A DNA stretch of 64,000 nucleotides from assembly GCA_025058345.1 (NCBI GenBank), contig JANXEN010000004.1, positions 50,929-114,928 of the forward strand, given 5' to 3'. A program made the translations under genes and the position numbers. Within the stretch, counting starts at the first letter, position 1; every line of letters begins with the position of its first letter. Source of the DNA: Sulfolobales archaeon (lineage in GTDB: Archaea; Thermoproteota; Thermoprotei_A; Sulfolobales; NBVN01). Of this stretch, positions 29,751 through 38,195 are shown piece by piece. The notes below the pieces were generated by a model that worked only from the letters and a program-made list of their open reading frames with translations, was not told the DNA's origin and did no database searches.

Positions 29751-32062
29751 TAGGTAATCCTACCCCTTATCATTTCCATAGCCGTATCTATCAACCCTAT
29801 AACTTCATTAGCTACCTTTTCAACATCCTTATTACTACTTTCAAGCATTAGACTAATCACTCTCTCCTTAGTAACTTCTAGATCCCTGTATATTTCTCTA
29901 AATCTCATCTCGACAAACCTTGATTCAACGTTACGCAGTGATGAAACGTAATTAAGTATTTCCTTTACATTAACCTTTATCTCGTTAAGTTCTCTTAGAT
30001 ACTTGTATGGAGTCTTAAGCTCTTCTGAAAGTATCGTGTTAACTTTATCTAATTCTTCTTGGTCCTTCGGAACAACGTACTTTATAACTATTAAATCATC
30101 TTCATTAGCTACAGCCCTACCATTCATCATTGCATGAGCAGCAATTATCTTTAAAGTCTTTCCCTTCCTTCTATCGGTTACGTGTATACCTCTCCCTTCA
30201 AGAACTGCAAGCAGTTTAACGAATTTACTTTTAATGGCATCTACGTTTACGCTTAAAACACTCTTATGTAACTCTCTTAAATGGTCAATCGTCATAATCT
30301 TACCTTCCCTACCATACCCATCCGTAAGGCTTAGTTTAACCTCTAAGTCCCAAGACTTACTCAACAAATCATGCCATAGATCTTCACTAACCGGCTTTAC
30401 GAAGTGCCTCATGGTGAACCTATCGTAGAATGCCTCAGTTTCAGGTTCGTCAGGTACCTCATTACTTGCACCAAATAAACTCCAAAGAGGTACTTTAATT
30501 TCGCTATATCCATCATATAGAATCCTTTCTTGAAGTATGGTATTCAATGAGTTAAGGATCGCTGAGTTCGCCTTAAAAATTTCGTCTAAGAAAGCTATAT
30601 CAGCCTCAGGTAACTTACCATACGTTATCCTAACATACTTCCCTTCATGTAACGCCCTTATATCGAGAGGTCCGAAAATTTCAGCCGGTTCAGTAAAACG
30701 CGTTAATAAGTACTTGAAGAATTTAGCTTCGAGTAGATCTGCAGCCCTACGCACTAAGGCTGACTTAGCAGTATTATGTGAGAGTAAACCGTTAGTGAAG
30801 AAGGCATGAGTTACCGGGATGTGGAAGTCGTAGACATTGAATGAACCACTAATGAAGCTTACGTCATATACTGCATCAAAGATTGGTTGCTTCTTTAACT
30901 GAGACTTTAAGTATTTTTGGCCATCACTTAACGATTTAATTAACGATGCTAATGCTGCGTTTTTAGTAGGAGATATAAACCCTATATCATCTTTAAACTT
31001 TTTAAGTCCATCAACGTCGGAAATCTCTAAGATGCCAACACATCTAGACCCTTTAAATTTAACAATACAGTTATTTGACCTAACCCTAGCAATTATTCCA
31101 TGTCTTAATAACAGCACTTGAACCTCTCTTAACAAATCATCTTTAAGACCCTCTAAAATTAAATAACTACCGTAGTTGTAAGATGGTGATGTAGCATATA
31201 ATAAATTCCCGCACGTCTCAAAGAGAGCCCTTAAAAACGCTCCAGACACCCTCCTAGGCGACTCTAATACTACCTTCGGAATTCTATTTTTATCAGAACC
31301 GATGATTAATGCCTTAAGTATGTTACGGAGGTATGGACTATTGATTCTTACATTCTCTACTACGGATACGTCATATTTATTCGTAGTTTTTCTTACTTCG
31401 GTTATGAGGTCTTTACCTATTACTCTATATATTAAATTGATTGTGTGGTTAATGAGGAAGTCCTCACCCTCTTTGAAACTGAATTCTACGTAATCGCCAA
31501 CTAAAGCACCTCTTATGAGGAATATTCCAAGCAATTCACTTAGTAACTCATCAAATAATATATATTGGTAATCAAATCTGGAGTCAAGCATTACACTCCT
31601 TGCAGGAATTCTAATTAAATCTGTAGGGGATGGGATCTGTGAAATTAGTCTAACCCTATCACCAGGTCTTAATGATTTAGCCTCTACCCAACCTCTATCA
31701 GTCATTATAGGATGATTGGGGGTCACTTCTAAGGAGAAACCTAAGTTAGTGGTAACTCTAACGACTTCCCTCACCTTATATATATGGAGTTGAGTAGCCT
31801 CCGCATTCGGTAGAACAGGAAAGGAAACATCGTAAACCCCGGTGGGGAGTCCGGAGGCGATATCGTCAATGTGGTATAACTTCCCATCATAACTGCTTAT
31901 CAACGTATTTCCTACTACACAGCCAGGCTCACCTATAAATGTGCAATGCTCCCGAGCTAGGAGCGTCAATACTACGACTTTAGCCTCCTCATCACGTCCT
32001 ATGAAGGGATCTTTCAAAACATCTAAGAACGTTCTCAATCTATCAACTAATTCACTCATCAC
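29750..32062 (-). CDS. RavA/MoxR-like AAA+ ATPase interrupted by an intein in the Walker A loop
   Basis: The extein reads FIGEPG|TAKSALVRR...YLLTRFTEPAEIFGPLDIRALHEGKYVRITYGKLPEADIAFLDEIFKANSAILNSLNTILQER. This closely parallels the E. coli RavA core as I recall it. Extein is 387 aa, intein 383 aa. Confidence 0.85.
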   Translation of the reverse strand: MMSELVDRLRTFLDVLKDPFIGRDEEAKVVVLTLLAREHCTFIGEPGCVVGNTLISSYDGKLYHIDDIASGLPTGVYDVSFPVLPNAEATQLHIYKVREVVRVTTNLGFSLEVTPNHPIMTDRGWVEAKSLRPGDRVRLISQIPSPTDLIRIPARSVMLDSRFDYQYILFDELLSELLGIFLIRGALVGDYVEFSFKEGEDFLINHTINLIYRVIGKDLITEVRKTTNKYDVSVVENVRINSPYLRNILKALIIGSDKNRIPKVVLESPRRVSGAFLRALFETCGNLLYATSPSYNYGSYLILEGLKDDLLREVQVLLLRHGIIARVRSNNCIVKFKGSRCVGILEISDVDGLKKFKDDIGFISPTKNAALASLIKSLSDGQKYLKSQLKKQPIFDAVYDVSFISGSFNVYDFHIPVTHAFFTNGLLSHNTAKSALVRRAADLLEAKFFKYLLTRFTEPAEIFGPLDIRALHEGKYVRITYGKLPEADIAFLDEIFKANSAILNSLNTILQERILYDGYSEIKVPLWSLFGASNEVPDEPETEAFYDRFTMRHFVKPVSEDLWHDLLSKSWDLEVKLSLTDGYGREGKIMTIDHLRELHKSVLSVNVDAIKSKFVKLLAVLEGRGIHVTDRRKGKTLKIIAAHAMMNGRAVANEDDLIVIKYVVPKDQEELDKVNTILSEELKTPYKYLRELNEIKVNVKEILNYVSSLRNVESRFVEMRFREIYRDLEVTKERVISLMLESSNKDVEKVANEVIGLIDTAMEMIRGRIT
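30773..31921 (-). mobile_element. Intein (383 aa) with LAGLIDADG-type endonuclease-like insert, located between G and T of the GEPG-TAKS P-loop
   Basis: Cys1 (CVVGNTLI). Block B TPNHPIMT. LAGLIDADG-like helices LLGIFLIRGAL and FLRALFETCGNL. Block F/G VYDFHIPVTHAFFTNGLLSHN followed by +1 Thr. Boundary codons checked on the sequence (TGT at 31921-31919, AAT at 30775-30773). Confidence 0.85.
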
Positions 32063-32155
32063 TTTAAACCTCGTAACTCCAGTAGATTTGTTCTTGCAAA
32101 CCTTAAAAATCTAGGTAATTAAGATTAAAAACCTAAATCATAATAAAATTGATAA

Positions 32156-32229
32156 GGGGCCGTAGTTTAGCTTGGTAGAATGCAGGGCTTGGGCCCCTGT
32201 GGTCCGGGGTTCAAATCCCCGCGGCCCCA
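32156..32229 (+). tRNA. tRNA-Pro (anticodon UGG)
   Basis: Acceptor stem GGGGCCG/CGGCCCC. T arm CGGGG-TTCAAAT-CCCCG. Anticodon arm CAGGG-CTTGGGC-CCCTG gives anticodon TGG with G37. Discriminator A; CCA not encoded. Confidence 0.9.
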
Positions 32230-32471
32230 CTAAGTGACTGAGGTTTCGGTAAGAACGATTAAGTCTACAGATATAGGTGGGTCGTAAGCCATCATCAAAA
32301 TATCCTGATTTGAGTAGTAGGAGGGTGATATTTTTAAGTAATTCCCTCCACTCTCATAAAATGGGTGGGCCCTTAATCAATTCTCTTATATATGGTTATA
32401 ACCCTGAATTGTCTCAAATGCTTCATGTGTAGATATACGTTAAAGATTTAGCAAGGCGGGTATATTTAAAG

Positions 32472-33014
32472 CTATGTCATCGATCCCGCATTACCTAGAA
32501 GGTCATTGATAAAGCGTTTAAGTAACTCAATTCCATCTAAGTAAGCCCCAGGCATTAGTTTACTAGCGTCTTCATAGCTTGATGGACATGCAGCCACTAC
32601 TAGGCATCCACTATTGAACTGTGTCGGTAGGTGATGATTTATGATGGCTTCAAACAACTTTATTAGGGCTTCCTTACTAAATAACCAGCTTTCAGAAATT
32701 ATGGAGTAAACTTTAATCGCGCATGCCGAACACCTATCATTGAAATACCTGTATACCTCAATGCAGAAATCTTTCAGCACCTCGTCGACGTCGTAGATTC
32801 TAATGGGTTCGTCTGACGGACAGAAATCAATCGATGGCACCTCAAAATCCTTATATCTAGATAAACCATTTAGTACATAGTTAATGGTAGTTGGGTCACC
32901 CTCTACGTAGAGGTAAGGTCCATCTAGATTTGCGCCACTCTTTATCAATAGATATAGTAGTGTTAGGTTTATTTTTAATTCCCCATCCTCCAAGACCTTT
33001 AGTCTGAACCCCAT
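32472..33014 (-). CDS. Hypothetical protein (180 aa), Cys-containing, no recognised family
   Basis: ORF only. Divergent from a small RHH gene. Confidence 0.45.
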   Translation of the reverse strand: MGFRLKVLEDGELKINLTLLYLLIKSGANLDGPYLYVEGDPTTINYVLNGLSRYKDFEVPSIDFCPSDEPIRIYDVDEVLKDFCIEVYRYFNDRCSACAIKVYSIISESWLFSKEALIKLFEAIINHHLPTQFNSGCLVVAACPSSYEDASKLMPGAYLDGIELLKRFINDLLGNAGSMT

Positions 33015-33110
33015 ATACTACACCGATTGTCGTCACTATAACTAGGCATTACTTTCGTTTAACTCTCTAAGCAATTTATTTACATATTCCTATATATAAA
33101 CCGTACAGCG

Positions 33111-33305
33111 ATGGTGAGATCGGCGTTGTCGATGAGGGTTATTACATTTAAGCTATCTGATGAGGTCGTGGAAGCTGTAGATAGATATGCGTTAGAGCAT
33201 ATGATGACGAGGTCTGAAGTCATTCGCCTTGCTATTAGGAATTTCATAAGTTCCTATGAAATCAGCTATAAACCTCCTAAGGTAAAGAGATTAGTAATTA
33301 GATAG
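33111..33305 (+). CDS. Ribbon-helix-helix (CopG/MetJ-like) DNA-binding protein
   Basis: MRVITFKLSDEVVEAVDRYALEHMMTRSEVIRLAIRNFI matches the RHH strand-helix-helix pattern. The real start may be the ATG at 33132. Confidence 0.65.
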   Translation: MVRSALSMRVITFKLSDEVVEAVDRYALEHMMTRSEVIRLAIRNFISSYEISYKPPKVKRLVIR

Positions 33306-33406
33306 CTGTTTTTTGTCGTAGTTAAACCCTACTTAAATTATGGGAGATCAGTTGGGGATTCTGAATTCATCAATCATTAGCGGTAGATCTCCTCATCTCA
33401 ACTAAT

Positions 33407-34636
33407 TTAACTTATTAGATCTTTCCCGGTTATTAAGTTCTTTACACATTCGCGCATTTTTTCTATTCCTTCCTCAATGGTTGAGATATCGACGGCGAAA
33501 CTCAACCTTATGTAGTCCTTACCGAATTTGTCTGGAAATGCTGTTCCAGGGAGGGTTACTACACCATACTTCATCAGCAGGTGGTTCACAAATTTCTCAA
33601 CACTTATTTTACAATTTCTAAGTATTTCACTTACGTTAGGGAATACGTAGAATGCTCCCTTACTGGCCCATACCTCCAAACCTTCAATGCTACTGAGTTT
33701 GCCATATATTAAGTCTCTCCTCTTTTTAAAGAGTTCTATCATCTTCTTAACATCGCTTTCAGATTTCTGGAGTGCAGATATAGCAGCTTTCTGAACGAAG
33801 CTCGTTGCACAGCTATAGACGTTTACGGCCAACACGCTTAGTCGAGGAATTACATCATTTCTAGCAACAACGTATCCTAACCTCCACCCAGTCATGGAAT
33901 ACGTTTTGGAGAAGCCGTTTACGTAGATTACATAATCACGCCAATCAGGGAACGATAGGAAGGACTTAAACTTAACATCATCATATATGAAGTGGTCATA
34001 TATTTCGTCGGATAACACTATAATTTTCTTCCTTCGAGCTATTTCCATTATCTGCTCTATTTCTTCAGAGTTAAATAAAGCTCCGGTAGGGTTGTGGGGG
34101 TTGTTAACTACGATCATCTTAGTTTTAGAGGTAATGGAGTCTTCTATGGTTTCGATATCTAACTTAAAACCTCCTTCCTTACCTAACCATTTAAGCGGCA
34201 CATACTTAGGTCTAGCTCCTAAAAACTTAGCAATCTCCGGATATGCAGGGAAGGAAGGTTCTGGGACGATTATTTCATCACCCTCTTTTAAGTATGCAGC
34301 AATTGTTAGGAATAACGCTGCCTTAGCTCCAGGTGCTACAACAATTTCTGAAGGTTTGACATCAGATCCGTACCTGCTGTTTAAGTGGGTGCTTAATGCA
34401 TCTCTCAACTCATAAATGCCAGCTGTTTCTGTGTATCCAGTAAACCTTGAGTCAAGTGCTTCCTTAGCTGCATCTATTATGTGACTGAATGTTGGTATGT
34501 CCGGTTGACCTATCCCAAAGTTGTATATCTTAACCCCTTTACTTGCTAGTTCCTTGGCTTTAGCTAGATATGCGAATGCTGCCTCACCACCTAGTTCATT
34601 AAGTATTCCTTTAGTATTTACTGTTGGGGCCGACAA
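33407..34636 (-). CDS. Class I/II pyridoxal-phosphate aminotransferase (aspartate aminotransferase-like)
   Basis: Motifs GQPD, NNPHNPTG, SDEIY and the SFSKTYSMTGWRLGY PLP-lysine motif. Confidence 0.85.
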   Translation of the reverse strand: MSAPTVNTKGILNELGGEAAFAYLAKAKELASKGVKIYNFGIGQPDIPTFSHIIDAAKEALDSRFTGYTETAGIYELRDALSTHLNSRYGSDVKPSEIVVAPGAKAALFLTIAAYLKEGDEIIVPEPSFPAYPEIAKFLGARPKYVPLKWLGKEGGFKLDIETIEDSITSKTKMIVVNNPHNPTGALFNSEEIEQIMEIARRKKIIVLSDEIYDHFIYDDVKFKSFLSFPDWRDYVIYVNGFSKTYSMTGWRLGYVVARNDVIPRLSVLAVNVYSCATSFVQKAAISALQKSESDVKKMIELFKKRRDLIYGKLSSIEGLEVWASKGAFYVFPNVSEILRNCKISVEKFVNHLLMKYGVVTLPGTAFPDKFGKDYIRLSFAVDISTIEEGIEKMRECVKNLITGKDLIS

Positions 34637-34726
34637 CTATTTAGCACCTAATAACTAATAAAATTTAGTTTAAATATGTATTGTGAGTAATTACTTTAGA
34701 TTTAAAAGTTTAGAGAATAAATATAG

Positions 34727-35347
34727 ATGAATATTATGGAGTCTAAGGATTTACTTAACTTAATCTTAACACGGAGGAGTATTAGGTGGTTTAAGCAGGA
34801 TTTGGTGCCGGACGACTTACTATATAAGATTTTGGAATGCGGTTTAAGAGCTCCTAACGCGGGTGGCTCTGAACCCTGGTACTTTATAGTAGTTAGGAAA
34901 GATGATGTGAGGAGGGAGATACATAAACTACTTCTTGAGGCACATCGATTATATGCCACTTCCTCACTTAAGGAGCCGATACCTAAAGATAAGGTGGATA
35001 AATGGTTAAGAAGAATTAGTGAAGGGATGTACTACGCACCGGTCTATATAGCAGCTTATGCGGATTTTAGGCGTATGACTCATAAAGAACAGCTGTTGGA
35101 TGTTGAGAGGACGTTCATCATTCAGAGTGTTGCAGCAGCTATTGAGAATATGCTGATAGCAGCGCACTCATTAGGTATTGGTGCAGTGTGGTTAGGGGTC
35201 CCCCTCCTGATGCGTAAGGTATTCGACGACATTTTTAGACCTCCAGAAGGATGCGAGCTCCAAGCAGTTATTGCTTTGGGGTATCCTTCAGAAACACCGA
35301 AAAGTAGGTTGGGAAAGGGTATTAATGAAGTAGTGAAGTTTATTTAA
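34727..35347 (+). CDS. Nitroreductase-family flavoprotein
   Basis: N-terminal motif RRSIRWF and APNAGGSEPW. Typical length. Confidence 0.8.
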   Translation: MNIMESKDLLNLILTRRSIRWFKQDLVPDDLLYKILECGLRAPNAGGSEPWYFIVVRKDDVRREIHKLLLEAHRLYATSSLKEPIPKDKVDKWLRRISEGMYYAPVYIAAYADFRRMTHKEQLLDVERTFIIQSVAAAIENMLIAAHSLGIGAVWLGVPLLMRKVFDDIFRPPEGCELQAVIALGYPSETPKSRLGKGINEVVKFI

Positions 35348-35648
35348 CTTCACAACGTTTAAAAATTATAGCTTTGTTGGACCTACGAACCTCCTAATCT
35401 GGTATAAATTGCATATATTTTTACTAATTTCGGTGTCGAAAACATTGAAACCGCCATTAAGGATTTATTAATCGAGTGGAACCACATATACCACTTAGGG
35501 ATTTTGGCCTAAGCATCGTTGAATAAATCATTCCTTGAGATAACTATTTTACTACCGACTCCATAGAGTTTTTAGATTGTGGTGATTAAGTATTAGGTAT
35601 GTCTACATATCGTGGGATAATGCAGTTAAGCTGTCCTACGAATTAGCT

Positions 35649-36215
35649 ATGAAAGTTAGTGAAAGTAATTACCTACCAGATGTAATTGTTGCTGTTTCCA
35701 GGGGTGGTTTGATACCAGCCCGAATCGTTAGCGATGTTATGAATGTAGATGGAGTTCATAGCATTAAGGCTAGTCTATGGGGAGTAGGTGGTAGGATCTC
35801 TAATGAGGTATTAATTCACGGCGTCGAGTTACCTATTAAGGATAAAAAGGTATTGATAGTTGATGATGTGGTTGATAGTGGTTTAACCTTAATTAAGATA
35901 GTGAGTCACGTTAAAAGCTTCGGCCCTATAGATGTTAGAACCGCAGTACTTCATGTAAAGCCTTCATCCAAATACCTACCTGATTACTATGTAAGTAAGT
36001 TGGATGAGTGGCTATGGGTCATCTATCCTTGGACTTCTTTAGAAGTTTTATACTCAGTTTTACACAAGCACTACGGCTGTAAAGTCAAGGATTTTGATGT
36101 GGATGCATTAATTAACGAATTCTACAAGTTAACTGGTGTTGGCTTAACCCAGAATCAGCGAGATTTATTAGCCGTAGCTAAGAAACATTATTTAAGTGCT
36201 TTATGTAGAGGTTGA
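35649..36215 (+). CDS. Type I purine phosphoribosyltransferase (HGPRT/XPRT-like); start probably upstream of the listed ATG
   Basis: PRPP motif VLIVDDVVDSGLT and AVSRGGLIPARIVSD. An in-frame upstream YVYISWDNAVKLSYELA completes the family N-terminus (see findings). Confidence 0.8.
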   Translation: MKVSESNYLPDVIVAVSRGGLIPARIVSDVMNVDGVHSIKASLWGVGGRISNEVLIHGVELPIKDKKVLIVDDVVDSGLTLIKIVSHVKSFGPIDVRTAVLHVKPSSKYLPDYYVSKLDEWLWVIYPWTSLEVLYSVLHKHYGCKVKDFDVDALINEFYKLTGVGLTQNQRDLLAVAKKHYLSALCRG

Positions 36216-36268
36216 GTAGTTAATAACTTATTTTATGGTGGAGTGTAGTAAGTTCTAGGGGTTAAGCG

Positions 36269-36889
36269 TTGAGCGACGAGCTATTAATTAAGAGTATAGT
36301 CGGGTATGGTGTAGATGTGAGTAAGTTAAGTAAGTTTAAGGAGGTCGGTAGTGAATCCCCGCACGGTATTTACGTCTACGATAGAATTAGTGATGAGTGG
36401 ATATTAACTGTGTTAGAGGGGGATGCATTCAAACCTATTATAGACGGCTCATATGTAATTTACTTCGATAATTCTAAGTGCCATGCTTGTAGATCCTTCG
36501 ATGGTAATTGGTTCCCATATGTCCGTAGCGTTGCTAAGAAGTTAAACGACTATTACTTCATTATAATACTATGTGAATGGTTTTCACGGAAGTGTTCTTC
36601 GAATGCGGCAAGTAAGTCGTTTAAGGAGTATGAAATACATGCATCTCCAGCCCTCTATTTAATACACTCTAAAAATGGAAACGTCGTATATAAGGAGAAG
36701 TATGAGGGTAGGCTTAATCAAACAGAACTAATTAAAGTTATTGAGGAATTCAACTCGAGAGTTGATAAGTTTATGAGGGGGGAGAAGGTTGAGTTACCTA
36801 AACCTGAAGAGGATGTTGATATTACTGAAGTGATTAAGAAGTTGATTGAGATACTGAGTGAGGCAAGCAAGTCTAATAAATCGAAATAA
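36269..36889 (+). CDS. Thioredoxin-fold protein with CxxC motif (function unknown)
   Basis: VIYFDNSKCHACRSF (CHAC) in a Trx-like context. TTG start. Confidence 0.5.
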   Translation: MSDELLIKSIVGYGVDVSKLSKFKEVGSESPHGIYVYDRISDEWILTVLEGDAFKPIIDGSYVIYFDNSKCHACRSFDGNWFPYVRSVAKKLNDYYFIIILCEWFSRKCSSNAASKSFKEYEIHASPALYLIHSKNGNVVYKEKYEGRLNQTELIKVIEEFNSRVDKFMRGEKVELPKPEEDVDITEVIKKLIEILSEASKSNKSK

Positions 36890-36890
36890 C

Positions 36891-37370
36891 TTACCTCTCC
36901 CCAAAGTAAGATCCCCTATACTGCTTTGAACTCCTCTCAACCATCTTTATAAATATTAACTGAGCTATCTGTGCACCTCTCCGTATCTTTATTCCATATT
37001 CGTTGTAAATAACTAATAGTCCGTAGCCTCTACCTTCATAACCGGGATCCCAAACAGCTGTGAATAACGAGGCTCCAGACCTGATAATCGACGACCTAGG
37101 TATGGACAAGGCAATCGAGTCTTCAGGAATTCTAACGTATTCAGCATAACGTACGATGTAATACCCTTTAAGTAATTTGTAGAAGCTCTCTTTATCGGTG
37201 TTAACTTTTAAGTAACTGGGTATAGTCTTATCGTCAACATCTATAGTACCATCAGAACCAACCATAAATACCTCATCTAGAGTTAGTTTAACACCACTAC
37301 AATCTAACGAATCAGCAGGATACCCAAGATTTAGTAAGTGTTGAGGTGGGATTATCAATTTCACTACCAA
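36891..37370 (-). CDS. dUTPase / dCTP deaminase family protein
   Basis: SSIIRSGASLFTAVWDPGYEGRGYGLLV...GAQIAQLIF matches trimeric dUTPase-family motifs. Confidence 0.7.
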   Translation of the reverse strand: MVVKLIIPPQHLLNLGYPADSLDCSGVKLTLDEVFMVGSDGTIDVDDKTIPSYLKVNTDKESFYKLLKGYYIVRYAEYVRIPEDSIALSIPRSSIIRSGASLFTAVWDPGYEGRGYGLLVIYNEYGIKIRRGAQIAQLIFIKMVERSSKQYRGSYFGER

Positions 37371-37471
37371 GTAATATCGTAATTAAGGTATTGTTTAAAA
37401 AGTAGTTCCTTAACGACGAACTGCTAGTTCCTTAAGCTGTTCCACGTAGTACCTATTATAGAACTTAAGCG

Positions 37472-37993
37472 ATGGTAATCATGAGTGAGAAAATGAGTGA
37501 AAAAAGAATGAAGGCATCTCTCCTAGTAACTATATCTCTAGCCATAATTGCAATAAGTATGGTTACAGTAGTTATGTACGCCCAACCAAATAAAAAAGGT
37601 TTAGGAATAGCATCTAATAATGTTGATGATTCAAAGAATTTTGAAGTTCAGAAAATGATTAGATATCGTTACCTACCTCCAGGTAAGGGATTAGGGTTAA
37701 TTAAGAACGTCGAACTAAGTGAGGAATTCAAAAACAACATCCTAGATATATTGAGTAGTAACGAAAACACTTCTAAGTTGCTTGATGAAGGGTATGAAGT
37801 CACCTTAATTAGACCTATAATTAAACTAGTGGTTCTAGGTGATGGTAGCGTAGTATTAAAGGTTGTGGAGGTTCAAGTAACTCTATATAAGAAGGGTGAA
37901 GGAGTATTCCAAGTACTAATAGATTATGAGGCTAAGGAAGTGGTAAACGTATTTGGTCAAAAATACTGTAAATGTGCCAGCTCAACTAGTTAG
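37472..37993 (+). CDS. Membrane-anchored/secreted hypothetical protein
   Basis: N-terminal hydrophobic anchor ASLLVTISLAIIAISMVTVVMYA. No family recognised. Confidence 0.5.
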   Translation: MVIMSEKMSEKRMKASLLVTISLAIIAISMVTVVMYAQPNKKGLGIASNNVDDSKNFEVQKMIRYRYLPPGKGLGLIKNVELSEEFKNNILDILSSNENTSKLLDEGYEVTLIRPIIKLVVLGDGSVVLKVVEVQVTLYKKGEGVFQVLIDYEAKEVVNVFGQKYCKCASSTS

Positions 37994-38020
37994 AATAGAG
38001 AGCGGCAAATTAATAAACTA

Positions 38021-38026
38021 TTTTTT
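38021..38026 (+). terminator. Oligo-T tract (T6) after the 37472-37993 gene
   Basis: Read directly. Confidence 0.3.
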
Positions 38027-38156
38027 ATAAATCGTAATCTAACTTTTAATTAAAGAATTAAAGTAGATAGATAACTTCTAATGATGGGGTGAAGTCATGC
38101 TATGGAGCAATGACAATCTCCATTTATGTTTTAGACAAGCATATATGAATTAGTTC

Positions 38157-38180
38157 CTAACCCGTTCTCTAACCCGTTCT
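38157..38180. repeat. Perfect tandem duplication of the 12-mer CTAACCCGTTCT, upstream of the ABC operon promoter region
   Basis: Read directly: 38157-38168 and 38169-38180 are identical. It lies about 10 nt upstream of an A/T box (38191-38200) and 46 nt upstream of ATG 38226. Confidence 0.8.
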
Positions 38181-38195
38181 TAAGGTTATCTTTTA

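Noticed and set aside
33987-34415. A 142-aa ORF on the + strand inside the aminotransferase gene. Similar antisense ORFs lie inside longer genes at 972-1178, 2505-2705, 5815-6078, 7148-7495, 7646-7972, 9985-10239, 10903-11127, 12666-12854, 13326-13535, 13804-14151, 14636-14827, 15472-15663, 15994-16308, 18025-18333, 18985-19353, 19370-19896, 23127-23318, 23967-24167, 24540-24806, 28531-28767, 30234-31493, 40348-41622, 41995-42267, 46619-46864, 49270-49539, 50319-50531, 50678-50872, 52224-52817, 53821-54474, 55192-55509, 57439-57651, 59632-59886, 61204-61416 and 62622-62831.
   Set aside because: Each lies wholly within a longer ORF on the opposite strand that has clear family motifs. Their sequences are low-complexity (S/L/P/T-rich), as expected for shadow frames, and no independent motif was recognised.
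34702-34959. An 85-aa minus-strand ORF overlapping the 5' end of the nitroreductase gene and its promoter.
   Set aside because: It has shadow-frame composition and no motif. The nitroreductase frame carries the conserved RRSIRWF and APNAGGSEPW motifs in the same DNA.
35599-35601. The pattern that in four of the five start-anomaly genes an ATG sits one base out of frame, with its G as the first base of the conserved frame. I considered whether this is proof of a programmed start-site frameshift.
   Set aside because: It is not proof. NAT-G codon junctions (Asp/Asn/His/Tyr followed by a G-starting codon) are common in AT-rich coding sequence, so such ATGs are expected fairly often by chance. 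I kept it as an alternative hypothesis inside the findings rather than a claim.
38103-38124. A hairpin ATGGAG-caatgacaat-CTCCAT and small ORFs in the spacer upstream of the ABC operon.
   Set aside because: The 6-bp stem has a 10-nt loop and no flanking T tract or conserved box, so it cannot be distinguished from chance.
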